Assembly: GCF_963921235.1 (NCBI RefSeq)
Contig: NC_086107.1
Coordinates: 101,496,001 to 101,560,000, forward strand
DNA from: Mobula hypostoma
Taxonomy: Eukaryota
Direction: 5' to 3'
Length of the DNA: 64,000 nucleotides
Below, one piece after another: positions 26,936-39,405 of the stretch. The position numbers and the translations under genes were made by a program. Position 1 is the stretch's first letter. Each line of letters opens with the position of its first letter. The notes under the pieces are model-generated. The model saw only the letters and a program-made list of their open reading frames with translations, was not told the origin of the DNA and did no database searches.

Positions 26936-28389
26936 AGCTTCGAGTTGCAGGCTCCCCCAGTCAGCGATGTGATAGTGCAAGACAACCCCTTGCAGTGCTG
27001 TCAGTTGAGGGATAATTATTGGCCAGGACACTGAGGAGAAATCATTTGCTCCTATTTGAAGCGTGTTGCTGAATCTTTTAACACCGAGCTGTGAGAACTA
27101 ATGAACTAAAAGAGAAAATGTTGAAAACACTGGCAGAAAGAGGAACAGAGCTGACATTTCAGGTTGAAGGCACTTTGTCAGAACAGTTCTGATGAAAGAT
27201 CTTTGACCTGATCCCGTTTCTTTTCCAGCCCAAGCCGTGAGTTAGTCAGGTACTTTCTACTCTTATCTCAGATTTCAAGCATCTACCGTTTTCTTTTCTT
27301 TTAGATTTTAAGAACAGATCGAGTCTCAGTTTAATGTCTCATCCTAACAGTGGATCCATACAGGATAGTTCCAGAGTGACATCAGTGCACAGCTGGAAAC
27401 CGGCCAGAGGATGAACCGGAGGAAACCAGTTCCATTAAAGGAACAACGCCAAAACACTGCCCACAGCCCGATAATCATGTCCCAGAGTTCTAAAGGAGGT
27501 AGCCACGGAAATAATGATCTTCCAAAACTATTTACACTGTTCCTGTAGATTGGAGGCAACCCTAACTACAATATTTTAAAAAATGAAGGACGGGGGAGAA
27601 ACGTTTTGTACAACTCCGACAACCTTCCGTTCCATCATTTGGAAATTCAGATGGTTCACCATTTGGCTTGCCTGTTCCCTACGCTCTCTGTGAACCCGTT
27701 TATCTAAGCTCCATGTGTGAACTTCAGTCGTTTGCATGATTTGTTTGTCTGCACATTGGGTGATTGACAGTCTTTTTAAAAAGTTGGTTCTATTGGGTTT
27801 CTTTGTTTTCTAGATGCCTGTAAAGGAGATGAATCAGAAGGTTGTATACAGTATACATACGTTGACAATAAATGTACTTTGAACCCTTCGGGGCCCCATT
27901 TCCACAATCCCTTTAAACTGACCACAGCCCTGTTTCTCCTGTCCTCCAGGCTCCCTTTGACCCCACCAGGGTCCCATTCCCAGAATCCCTTTAAACCACC
28001 AGGGCCCTGTTTCACATGCTCTCCTTAAAAACTTCTGGTTCATTGGAAAACGTATCACATTACTACATAACATCTTAAGAAGCATGAATTAGAAGTGTGT
28101 TGATGTATGACTGAGAGTAATATTAAATAGTCATGAAAATCTACCATTCCAACACCATCAAGGTACTGAGGGTAAGGGATTATCGAAGTTTTACTGTAGT
28201 TTACTGACCAGTTATCCTGACGTCACAAATGGGTCAAGACTCTACTACAGAAGGTGTATTAAAAAAACACATGGCAAGAACTAGTGGTATTGATAGACAT
28301 TGACAAGGGAAAATTGTGTTTAACAAATCTGCCATTTTGAGGATGTAATTTGCAGAAGAAATAAGGCAGAACCAATGGATGTGAATGTG

Positions 28390-30345
28390 GTTTGAAGTAA
28401 GTTTATCATCAAAGTACATACATGTCACCATATACAAACCTGAGATGTGTTTTCTTGTGGGTAAGTCCAAGAGCCATAACAGAATCAATGAAAGACCACA
28501 CCCAACAGGACAGCCAATCAGCCAACGTGCAGAAGACAACAAACTGTGCAAATACAAAGAGAGAAAAAACCAATAAATATCAAGGACGTGAGATGAAGAG
28601 CCCTTGAAAGTGAGTCCGTAGATCATGAGAACAGTTCAGTGGTGGGCAAGTGGAGTTGAGTGAAGTTATCCTTTCTGGTTCAGATGGTTGAGGGGTAATA
28701 ACTATTTCTGAACCTGCTGATGTGGTTATTGAGGCTCCTGTACTTCTTTTCTGATGGCAGCAATGAGAAAAGAGCATAGCCTGGGCGGTGGGGCCCTTGG
28801 TGATGGATGCTGCTTTCCCGTAACAGCACTCTGTATAGGGGTGCTCAATGGAGGGAAGGGACCCGTGAGAGACTGGGCCCTATCCATGACTTTTTGTAGG
28901 ATTTTCCATTCAGGGACATTGCTGTTTCCATACCAGGCTGTGGTGCAACCAGTCAATATACTCTCCACCACACATCTCTAGAAGTTTGTCAAGGTTTTAG
29001 ATATCATGTCAAATCTCCACAAACTTCTAAGGAAGTAGAGGCACTACTGTGCTTCCTTGTGATGGCCACAGGACAGATCATCTGAAATGAAAACACTGAG
29101 GAGTTTGACCTTCTCCACTTCTGATCCCCCAATGAGACTGGCAGGGGTGGTGTGGGCTGCTGTGGGAGTTCATGAAGCTTCCTCCATGTTTTGATGGTCA
29201 AAGTGAGCATGGAAGGCTTGTTGCTTGGTTTCACTTTGTAAGAGGTGATAGCGTTCAAGCCCTGTCATAGCTGCGATTCATGTTCTGTCCAAAATTGCCA
29301 CTTCGCACGTGAGATGGTTATCTGGAGATTGTACCTGGACCTTTTGTATCTTACTTGGTCACCAGACCTAAATGCCACTGATCTGACCCTCAACAGATTG
29401 CGGATCTCCTGGCTCATCCATGGCTTCTGGTTGAGAAGGACTCTGAATGCGACAAGCAAGGTGTATTCATTCACATCCCCTGATGAGTGCTTGAACACTG
29501 CCTACAAGTGTTTGAAGGAGTCCTGTAGCTGCTCCTCTCCCTCCTGCAACCACCTCTTTGGCTCTCTAGCTCCTGCCTATATGCAGGTAGGCGAAAGACG
29601 GCCAAGTGATCAGATTTCCCAAAATGTGATCTGGGCACAGAATGGTAGGCATTCCTTATCATGGTATAGCAGTGGTTGAGTGTGTTGGGACTCCTGGTGC
29701 TGCAGGTTATATGCTGATGATAATTGGGCAGAGATTTCTGCAAACAAGCCTGACTGAAGTCCTGACTATGATTTGAAATGCATCAGGGTGGGCTGTTTCT
29801 TGTTTGGTGATGGCAACATTCAATATCTTGGGTACTTGATTAAAGTTGGCATTTCGCAGTATGTAAGCTGCAGTCAGGATCATGGAAGCTAACTCTCTTG
29901 GTGAGTAGAATGGTTGGCACTTAATCATAGATGATCCAGGTCAGGGGAACAGGAGTGCAACAAGACAGCTGCATCCAAGCACCACAAAGGGTTTATCATG
30001 AAACATAGACCCCTCCTTTTTGTATTTTCCAAATAAGCAGTCTGATCCATTCTGCATATTGAGAAGCCTTCAGGTCTTACTGACATTTCCAGCATGTCTG
30101 GAGTGAGCCATGTCTCCATTTTGCACAGAACGCAGTAATTCCTCATTTCCCTCTGATACAGTAATCTTGCTCTTAGGTCCTCAGTCTTGTTCTCCAGCAA
30201 CTGCATGTTTGCTAACAAGATGATAGGTAGAGGAATTTTCACCCCTCTGGGTCTCGATCTGACTTGGAGTCCTCCCCTCTCCCTGTCTTCTGGCCGTGGT
30301 GACATACCTTTACCCGCTTAAAGATGCTATATCTGCACACTTGAG
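28390..30345 (-). mobile_element. Rex1/Babar-like LINE with APE-domain start and 3' end, RT core missing
   Basis: IILLANMQLLENK...ETWLTP, KCQPFYSPREL, FGKSDHL, NQKPWM, then a direct jump to ESILTGCTTAWYG and the tail. Confidence 0.8.
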
Positions 30346-30449
30346 AGTTAAGTCTGTCGAGACCTTCAGAAGATCGTGAAATTGCAAGGTTAAAGCACAT
30401 GAGTGAGCGTCTGGGGGTTAGGGTGTTGTTTTGTCATTGGGTAACAGTT

Positions 30450-32200
30450 AACAGATGGGAAACAGTGATTGGGAATAGACTTCTCTTTCTGGAGTGGCAG
30501 GCAGGTTGTACTGGGGAGCCAAAGAGATCAATGTTTGGACCCAAGGTAGAGGAGTAGTGAGTGCAGTCAGGAGGATGCACAGTGGCTCCAATATTTTTAA
30601 CCGAGTTGGGTGAATGAGTATCTGCAAGGCAGGTACAGTTTAACATGGGTAAGTGTGACGGGACTGATTTTGGTTCTAAGAACAGAAAGATCATTATCTA
30701 AATGGTGGTAGACTGAGGAAGGGGAGGGACAAGACCTGGGCGTCCTTGTCCATCTGTCACTGAAAGCAAGTGGACAGGTGCAGCCAGCAGTGAGGAAGGC
30801 AAGTGGTAGTTCAAAAGTTCAAATTAATTTATTGTCAAAATACATATACATTGAGTGGCCACTTTATTGTGTACCACCTGTATCTAATAAAGTGGCCACT
30901 GAGCGTACGTTTATGGTTTTCTGCTGCTGTAGCCCATCCACTTCAAGGTTTGATGTCTTGTGTATTCGGAGATGCTCTTCTACATGCCATAGAGATAACA
31001 GGTGCTTATTTGAGTTACTGTTGCCTTCCTGTTCTCCTGAACCAGTCTGGCCATTCTCCTCTGACCTCTCTCATTAACGAGGTGTTTTCACCCACAGAAC
31101 TGCTGCTCACTGGATGCTTTTTGTTTTTCTCACCGTTCTCTGTAAACTCTGTTGTGTGCGAAGACTCCAGGAAAGCAGTAGTTTCTGAGATACTCAAACC
31201 ACCCTGTCTGGCACCAACAATCAATCAAAGTCACTGAGATCACGAAGAGCCATTTTAAAAAATCCAGCACAGAAACAGGCCCTTCAGCCCATCTAGTCCA
31301 TGCCGAGCCATTTAAACTGTCTACTCCCATCGCCCTGCACTGGGACCGTAGTCCTCCATACCCCTATCATCGATGTACCTATCCGAACTTGTCTTAAATG
31401 TTGAAATTGAGCTTACATGAACCATTTGTGTTGGCAGCTCATTCCACACTCTCGTGACCCTTTGAGTGAAGAAGTTTTCTTCCCCATCCTGAGGTTTGGT
31501 CTGACCAATGAATGAACCTCTTGACCATGTCTTGTCTGCATGCTTTTATGATCGGCTGATTAGATATTTGCATTTTTGAACTGGGGTACGGGTGCGTCGA
31601 ATAAAATGGCAGCTGAGTGTACGTCACGTTATACTACTCTGAGGTTTACTTTCTTACAAGCACTCACAGTAGAATAAAGAAATACGTACTATAGAAGCAA
31701 TGAAAAAATGCACATGAAGACTTACAAACAACCAATGAGCAAAAGAAAACAAATCACGCAAGTGTAAGAAAATCAAATAATACTAATAAATACATAAGTA
31801 TTTCGATGATACTGAGAACAAGAGTTGCGTTGCAAGAGGACTGGAGTACAGGTGAAGGGGTGTCTTGCTGCAGTTCTACAAGGCCCTGGTGAGACCCATC
31901 TAGAGTTTTGCATGCATTTTTCTTCTTCTAGGAATGTCTTGATAAGGAGGGAGAACAACACAGTCCTTTACGAGATTCTCTGCTATGAGGAGAGATTGGA
32001 TCAACCAGTCCTATAACTCTCTGGAGTTCAGAGACACGTGAGAGAAGCTGATAGAAACCCACAAAACGAGACAGACCAGATAAAAGGAGGAAGTAGCTGA
32101 TGGGTGATGAGTCTAGTACTAGCGGACAAATCCTTAGGTTGTGGTAGGTACCGTCTGGAACCAAGATCAAGAAACATTTTTTCTCCCAGAGCTGGTGGCT
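30450..32200 (+). mobile_element. Old CR1 fragment hosting nested insertions
   Basis: Homologous to 21790-22300; interrupted between 30809 and ~31826. Confidence 0.75.
30849..31619 (-). mobile_element. Tc1/mariner derivative with TIRs, TA target site and transposase N-terminal remnant
   Basis: TA|cattgagtggccactttatt ... aataaaatggcagctgagtg|TA; MIVGARQGGLSISET matches the Tc1 paired-like HTH start. Confidence 0.82.
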
Positions 32201-32244
32201 TGTGGAGGCCAACTTACTAACAATGTTCAGGAAAGAGGTACTTT

Positions 32245-32565
32245 ACTTCATACTTTATACTTTATTGTCGCCAAACAATTGATACTAGAGCGTACAATCA
32301 TCACAGCGATATTTGATCTGCTCTTCGTGCTCCCTGGAGTACAAATCGATTGTCAATATTAAAAATTTAAATAAATAGAATCTAGAAAAGGGTAAGTAAG
32401 GTAGTGCAAAAAAACCGAGAGGCAGGTCCGGATATTTGGAGGGTACGGCCCAGATCCGGGTCAGGATCCGTTCAGCAGTCACAGTTGGAAAGAAGCTGTG
32501 CCCAAATCTGGCCGTACGAGTCTTCAAGCTCCTGAACCTTCTCCCAGAGGGAGGAGGGATGAAAG
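32245..32565 (-). mobile_element. Young Rex1-like LINE 3' end (same family as 25028 and 54058)
   Basis: PSGRRFRSLKTRTARFGHSFFPTV and the same tail. Confidence 0.85.
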
Positions 32566-32989
32566 AGGTAGGCACATTATTTAATACTAAAGAGATCAAG
32601 GGATATGGGTAGAAGGCAGGAACAGGGGTCTGAAGTAGAAGGTCACATTGAATGGTGGACCAGGCCCTGTACAATTGCAGCCAGGCCCCCCTGCTCCGGT
32701 ACTCCAGTCCTTTTGCAATGCAGGTCAATGTATCTCCTGGCCTCCTCACCGCCTGCTGCACCTGAACGCTTGCAGCTGAGGGACGAGGAGCTGCTGCGTG
32801 CTTGTGCTTGTGGAAGTGCAGCCTCAGGACAACATCCCTCAGGCCGTGCAACTCAGGGACTTGTGACTGTAGGTGCTATTGTAGCCGTATGTGCTGTGTA
32901 TGACTGTATGTACTGTGATTCGCACCTTGGCCTGGAGGAGCAATGTTTTGTTTTGCTATGTACATGGGTATGGTTGAATGGCAATTACA

Positions 32990-33565
32990 CTTGAAGCAAC
33001 ACACATAAAAGTTGCTGGCGAACGCAGCAGGCCAGGCAGCATCTCTAGGAAGAGGTACAGTCGACGTTTCGGGCCGAGACCCTTCGTCAGGACTAACTGA
33101 AGGAAGAGATAGTAAGGGATTTGAAAGTGGGAGGGGGAGGGAGAGATCTGAAATGATAGGAGAAGACAGGAGGGGGAGGGATGGAGCCAAGAGCTGGACA
33201 GGTGATTGGCAAAAGGGATATGAGAGGATCATGGGACAGGAGGCCCAGGGAGAAGGAGAAAGCGGGGTGGGGGGAACCCAGAGGATGGGCGAGGGGTATA
33301 GTCAGAGGGACAGAGGGAGAAAAAGGAGAGAGAGAGAGAAAGAATGTGTGTGTATAAATAAATAACAGATGGGGTACGAGGGGGAGGTGGGGCATTAGCT
33401 GATGTTCATGCCATCAGGTTGGAGGCTACCCAGACGGAATATAAGGTGTTGTTCCTCCAACCTGAATGTGGCTTCATCTTTACAGTAGAGGAGGCTGTGG
33501 ATAGACATGTCAGAATGGGAATGGGATGTGGAATTAAAATGTGTGGCCACTGGGAGATCTTGTTT
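32990..33565 (-). mobile_element. Penelope-like element 3' part (young family)
   Basis: Reverse complement nearly identical to 3390-3960 and 59760-60350. Confidence 0.9.
33058..33096 (-). ncRNA. Minimal type I hammerhead ribozyme in Penelope-like terminal repeat (best-preserved copy)
   Basis: Minus strand UAGUC-CUGACGA-A-GGGU(CUCG)GCCC-GAA-ACGUC-GACUG. Core CUGANGA and GAAA, 4-bp stem II, 5-bp stem I, GUC cleavage triplet, palindromic ACGU in place of stem III. Confidence 0.75.
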
Positions 33566-33959
33566 TTAGGCAGACAAGGACATCTAGGGCTTGTGCCTTC
33601 CCTTTCCTCAGTCTACCACCGTTGATTGATGGAACAGGCCAGATGGGCTGAATGGCCTCTTCCAGCTCCTGTGTTCACTAGTCACAGCCCTAGGCCAAAG
33701 ACACAGACTCGCCCTCAGTGACAGAACACTCAATTCGATTTATCTTCATACTTTCACCAACTTCTAAAGCTTCCTTTGTAGATACTGGACAATGAAACAA
33801 TCATTAAATTGCCGTGGCAAAACATTGTTTTTTTTCCCAGTACCAAGGCAGTATGCAGATGGATAAAGCTTATGTTAACATTCTGAAACAACCCCAGGTG
33901 ACAGTCCCTCAGGCCTTGATCCCAGAGCTGAATAACACTTCGGTAATTCAATGGAGATA

Positions 33960-33965
33960 TTTATT
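33960..33965 (-). terminator. Candidate polyadenylation signal for the GALR gene
   Basis: AATAAA on the minus strand about 720 nt past the stop, in non-repetitive sequence. Confidence 0.35.
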
Positions 33966-34681
33966 TCTAAAACACCTAAGTGAAAGAAATCATTGGAATA
34001 CTTGTATTTCCTGAGGTAATACTTCACCACAGTACGTCAAGCTAACACACTCACAACAAAGTACGGAACTTCAGCCAGTGAACGCCATGGAAAGTCCCGT
34101 TTCTGGTCTGCCGAAGGCTGGCGAACGTCCTGAAAGATTCCACGGTCACATAGCAGGACAATTTATAATGCATTCATGATTATACAACACAATGGAAACT
34201 GTTCGATTATTTGTGGGTGACATGTTTGCTTCATAAGTTCTTCAATTTAAATGATTTTTAAATGTGGCAAGTGCCCTTTCTCAAAGTACACTCATCATGG
34301 GAGCCTGCTTCAGTTGAGGAAAAGCAGTTCCATCACAATATGACCTGCAAATGACCAACTCTACTTTGGATCCAGTTCTACTGAAGGAAATCCTTGAATT
34401 ATTCTTTGAAATGCATCAGGCCAAAACCTTTACAGATCAGTTCTTTACATTTTCCGCTGCTCTCTGTACATGACCGTGTGGGTTTCCTCCGGGTGCTCCA
34501 GTTTCCTCCCACAGACCAAAGATGTATTGGTTGGTAGGTCAATTGGTCATTGTAAATTGTCCTGTGATTAGACTACGGTTAAATCGTGCATTGCTGGGCA
34601 GTGCAACTTGAAGAGTCAAATGGCCTGTTCCGCATCGTACCTCAATAAATAAATAAATTTGCTCCCTCCTTGAGGGTAACG

Positions 34682-35414
34682 TCAGACCTCCTGCCCGAGA
34701 TTAACTCTTGGCTCTTCCCGCACTAGGGCGGAACGGCCTACCATGCAGTTTTGTTCATTTATCTGGGAGGTTTCAGTCGTGGCAGGGTGAAACCCAGTCA
34801 CGGTATTGGCCACGTGGACAACGTGAACTTTATTGGCAGCTTTCTTCTGCAGAAGGCAGGTAAATACTTGTTTGAACCTTTTCCGGAAATGCTTTGAGAT
34901 CAAAGCGTACACGATAGGGTTAAGGCAAGAGTTGGCATAGGACATGCAGTGAGAGATAAGCCTGAAGGCAAAGGTCGCCTTATTGAACGGGAAGTTCCCA
35001 AACCAGAAGCACATTATTAATACATGGTGGGGCAGCCAACATAGGCAAAAGAGCACGGCAACGATGATGATCATTTTGGTTACTTTCCGCTTGGCTTTCT
35101 TGCCCTCTGAGATGGTCTCAATGGGGTCCACTGATGTCCACAGGTATTTGATTGTCCTGGTGTAGGCAAAACTCAGGATTATAACAGGGATGGCATAGCC
35201 AAAAACAAAGGAGGAAACATCCATGATCTTTCTCCTGCTGTCTTCCCAGACTGGCACACAGATAGGCACCCCTTTGTAGAGGACAATCTGGTAGTAGCTC
35301 AAGTACGGCCCAGCTAAGATTATTGATAATGCCCAGATTATTCCGATGGCAATTAAGGCATTACGTGCTGTGCGAAGGTCCCGCGATTTCAAGGGGTACC
35401 TTATAGCAAGGTAT
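34682..35414 (-). CDS. GALR3: Galanin/spexin receptor, coding exon 2 (DRY to stop)
   Basis: Acceptor ctttttgttgcAG|A completes the Arg codon (AG+A). Then YLAIRYPLKSRDLRT...GPYLSYY...CVPVWED...CWLPHH...YANSCLNPIVYALISKHFRKRF...stop TGA at 34684-34682. Exon lengths 347+733=1080 nt, 359 aa, no frameshift. Intron at the end of TM3 matches GALR2/GALR3 gene structure. Confidence 0.95.
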
Positions 35415-37020
35415 CTGCAACAAAAAGGCAAAAGGGTTGTCAGAATTTTACATTATCCTTTACCGTAATGTGATTCAGTCTAACCCAGGTTATCATTCTA
35501 GGTCTGGGTTGGCCCTTGAACTCGATCAGTAGTGACTCCATAATCAATGCCATCCACCCATAGTCCTCCCAAAAAACTTGGCCTCTGCGCCCCCATTTCA
35601 CACTTAATCCAGCTCAAGACCCCAGCTCACTTTGGAATAAAAATTAAAAACACAGCATATTTTTAAATGGTGAGAGGTTAAAAGCTTCTAGTGCTGAGAG
35701 TAACCCCAAGCGTTCTTGTATGCAAGTCACTGACAATTAACGTACAGGTTCAGCAAGTACTCTACTCACAAAGGCAAATGGTACCTTGGCCTTGATTGCA
35801 GGAAGATTTGAGTATTGAATGTCTTGCTCCAATTATATTGAGTTTTGGTGAGAATATATCTGGAATCTTGTGTATGAGCCTGATCTCCTTTTATGCTAGG
35901 GAGTGCAGCCTGCTTAACCTCTCCATGGATGATAGACCTTCCGTCCCAGGGTGAGGTATCCCAAAGATGTGTGGATTGGTGGGTTAATTAGCGGCTGTAA
36001 ATTGCCCCCGGTGTCTGGGTGGGAGGTTGGGTCTGGGAGATGCTGGGAAAGTGGGGAGAATATAAAGAATTGGATTAATGTCGGATTGATGGCCAGCACT
36101 CATTCTGTGGGCTGAAGGGCCAGTTTCCGTGTCCTGTCTCTCTGTGGCTCCAGGGGTGAAGATGATTCTGCATCCGAGGTTTGTACCCTGAGGTTCACTT
36201 GCATCCCTGCCACTCTCACTACGGGGTCGTGTGCGATTCTGTGCCTTGTCCACGTTTCGGCTACTCTCTATAACCTCTGACCCACTTTATGCCTAACGAC
36301 AAATATATTCACTCAGGGCCAGAGTGTTCCAAAGATTCACAACCCTCTGAGATAATTGTTTTTTAAATTTAGGGAAATGACATGGTAACAGGAACCCTTC
36401 TGGCCTATTCAATCCTCGCCTCTTGATTATACCCATGTGTCCAATTAACCTATTAACCCATACGGTATGTCTTTGGAACGTGGGAGGAAACCAGAGCACC
36501 TGGATGAAAGGTATGTGGTCACAGGGAGAACGTACAAATACAGACATTGGATGAATTGAACCTGCATCTCTGGCACTTTAATGGGTAACGTTACCATGAC
36601 AACCAAGTTTATCCTGACTCTGTTCCCACTGGTTCAACACCCTGTAACCTGGGTGAAAAACCCCCAAACTTCAAAGTAAATTTATTATCAAAGTACATCT
36701 ATGTTTTGATATATGACCTTGAGATTAATTTTTCTCGTGGGCATTCATAGTAAATACAAAGAGAAAAAAATCATAATAAATAAATAAGAAATCAATATTA
36801 AGAGCATGAGATGAAGTAACACACACAAAATGCTGGAGGAACTCAGCAGGCCAGACAACATCTATGGTAAAAACGTTGACTGTACTTTTTCCCATAGGTG
36901 CTGCCTGGTCTACTGAGTTCCTCCAGCATTTTGTGTATATTGCTTGGATTTCCAGCATCTGCAAATTTTCTCTTGTTAGTGACATGAGGTGAAGAGTCCT
37001 CGAAAGTGAGTCCATAAGGT

Positions 37021-39405
37021 TAGAAACATGGAAAACCTACAGCACAATACAGGCCCTTCGGCCCACAAAGCTGTGCCGAACATGTCCTTACCTTAGAACT
37101 ACCTAGGCTTACCCATAGCCCTCTATTTTTCTAAGCTCCATGTATCTATCCAGGAGTCTCTTAAAAGACTCTATTGTTTCCGCCTCCACCGCTGTCGCAG
37201 GCAGCCCATTCCACACACTCACCACACTCTGTGTAAAAAACTTACCCCTGACATCTCCTCTGTACCCACTGCCAAACACCTTAAAACTGTGCCCTCTCGT
37301 GGAAGCCACTTCAGCCCTGGGAAAAAGCCTCTGACCATCCACACGATCAATGCCTCTCATCATCTTATACACCTCTATCAGGTCACCTTTCATCCTCCAT
37401 CGCTCCAAGGAGAAAAGGCTGAGTTCACTCAACCTATTCTCATAAGGCATGCTCCCCAATCCAGGCAACAGCCTTGTAAATCTGCACCCTTTCTATGGTT
37501 TCCATGTCCTTTCTGTAGTGAGGCGACCAGAACTGAGCACAGTACTCCAAGTGGGGTCTGACCAGGGTCCTATATAGCTGCAACACTACCTTTCGGCTCT
37601 TAAACTCAACCCCATGGTTGATGAAGGCCAATGCACCGTGTGCCTTCTTAACCACAGAGTCAACCTGCATAGCAGCTTTAAGTGTCCTATGGACTTGGAC
37701 CCCAAGATCCCTCTGATCATCCAGACTGTCAAGAGTCTTACCATTAATGCCATATTCTGCCATCATATGTGACCTACCAAAATGAGACACCTCACACTTA
37801 TCCGGGTTGAACTCCATCTGCCACTTCTCAGCCCTGTTTTGCATCCTATCTATGTCCTGCTGTAAACTTCGACAGCCCTCCACACTATCCACAACACAAC
37901 CGACCTTTGTGTCATCAGCAAATTTACTAACCCATCCCTCCACTTCCTCATCCAGGTCATTTATAAAAATCAAGAAGAGTAGAGGTCCCAGAACAAATCC
38001 CTGAGGCACACCACAGGTCACCAACCTCCATACAGAACATGACCCATCTACAACCACTCTTTGCCTTCTGTGGGCAAGCCAGTTCTGGATCCACAAAGCA
38101 ATGTGCCCTTGGATCCCATGCCTCCCTACTTTCTCAATAAGCCTTGCATGGGGTACCTTATCAAGTGCCTTGCTGAAATCCATCTACACTACATCTACTG
38201 CTCTACCTTCATCAATGTGTTTAGTCACATCCTCAAAAAATTCAATCAGGCTCGTAAGGCACGACCTGCCTTTGACAAAGCCATGCTGACTATTCATAAC
38301 CATATTATGCCTCTCCAAATGTTTATAAATCCTGCCTCTCAGGATCTTCTCCATCAACTTACCAACCACTGAAGTAAGACTCACTGGTCTATAATTTCCT
38401 GGGCTATCCCTACTCCCCCTCTTGAATAAGGGAACAACATCCGCAACCCTCCAATCCTCCGGAACCTCTCCTGTCCTCATTGATGTTGCAAAGATCATTG
38501 CCAGAGGCTCAGCAATCTCCTCCCTCGCTTGCCACAGTTGCCTTGGTCCCAGTGATTTATCCAACTTGATGCTTTCCAAAAGCTCCAGCACATCCGCTTC
38601 CTTAATGTCTACATGCTCAAGCTTTTCAGTCTGCTGCAAGTCATCCCTACAGTTGCCAGGGTCCTTTTCCATAGTGAATACTGAAGCAAAGTATTCATTA
38701 AGTACCTCTACTTTTCCACTGTTACACTTTATTGGTCCTATTCTCTCACGTCTTATCCTCTTGCTCTTCACATACTTGTAGAATGCCTTGGGGTTTTACT
38801 TAATCCTATCCGCCAAGGTCTTCTCATGGCCCCTTCTGGCTCTCCTAATTTCATTCTTAAGCTCCTTCCTGCTGGCCTTATAATCTTCTAGATCTCTATC
38901 ATTACCTAGTTTTTTTGAACCCTTTGTAAGCTCTTCTTTTCTTCTTGACTAGATTTACAACAGTTTTTGTACACCACGGTTCCTGTATCCTACCATCCTT
39001 TCCCTATCTCATTGGAACGTACCTATGAAAAATCCCACACAAATATCCTCTGAACATTTGCCACATTTCTTCTGTACGTTTCCCTGAGAACACCTATTTA
39101 TTTATTTATGCTTCCAAGTCCCTGCCTGATAGCCTCATATTTCCCCTTACTCCAATTAAACGTTTCCCTAACTTGTCTGTTCCTATCCCTCTCCAATGCT
39201 ATGGTAAAGGAATTGTGAGCACTATCTCCAAAATGCTCTCCCACTGAGAGACCTGACACCTGACCAGGTTCATTTCCCAATACCAGATCAAGTACAGCCT
39301 CTCCTCTTGTAGGCTTATCTACATATTGTTTTAAGAAACCTTCCTGAACACCTAACAAACTCCACCCCATCTAAACCCCTCACTCTAGGGAGATGCCAAT
39401 CAACA
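37021..39405 (-). mobile_element. CR1 LINE, ~2.4 kb, disrupted ORF2 (endonuclease end, RT, C-term) in the GALR intron
   Basis: PTRGEAVLDLVL; PEDWRVADVVPLFK...NYRPVSLTSV; QHGFVKGRSCLT; DFSKALDKVPH; GVPQG; FADD; in-frame stop and frameshifts. Confidence 0.95.

Noticed and set aside
28218..28225. Perfect CRE palindrome TGACGTCA
   Set aside because: About one 8-mer match is expected by chance in 64 kb, and it is far from the putative promoter.
35415..35431. Track-predicted start MPFCC for the 249-aa receptor ORF
   Set aside because: It is the intron pyrimidine tract; the exon starts at 35414 after the AG.
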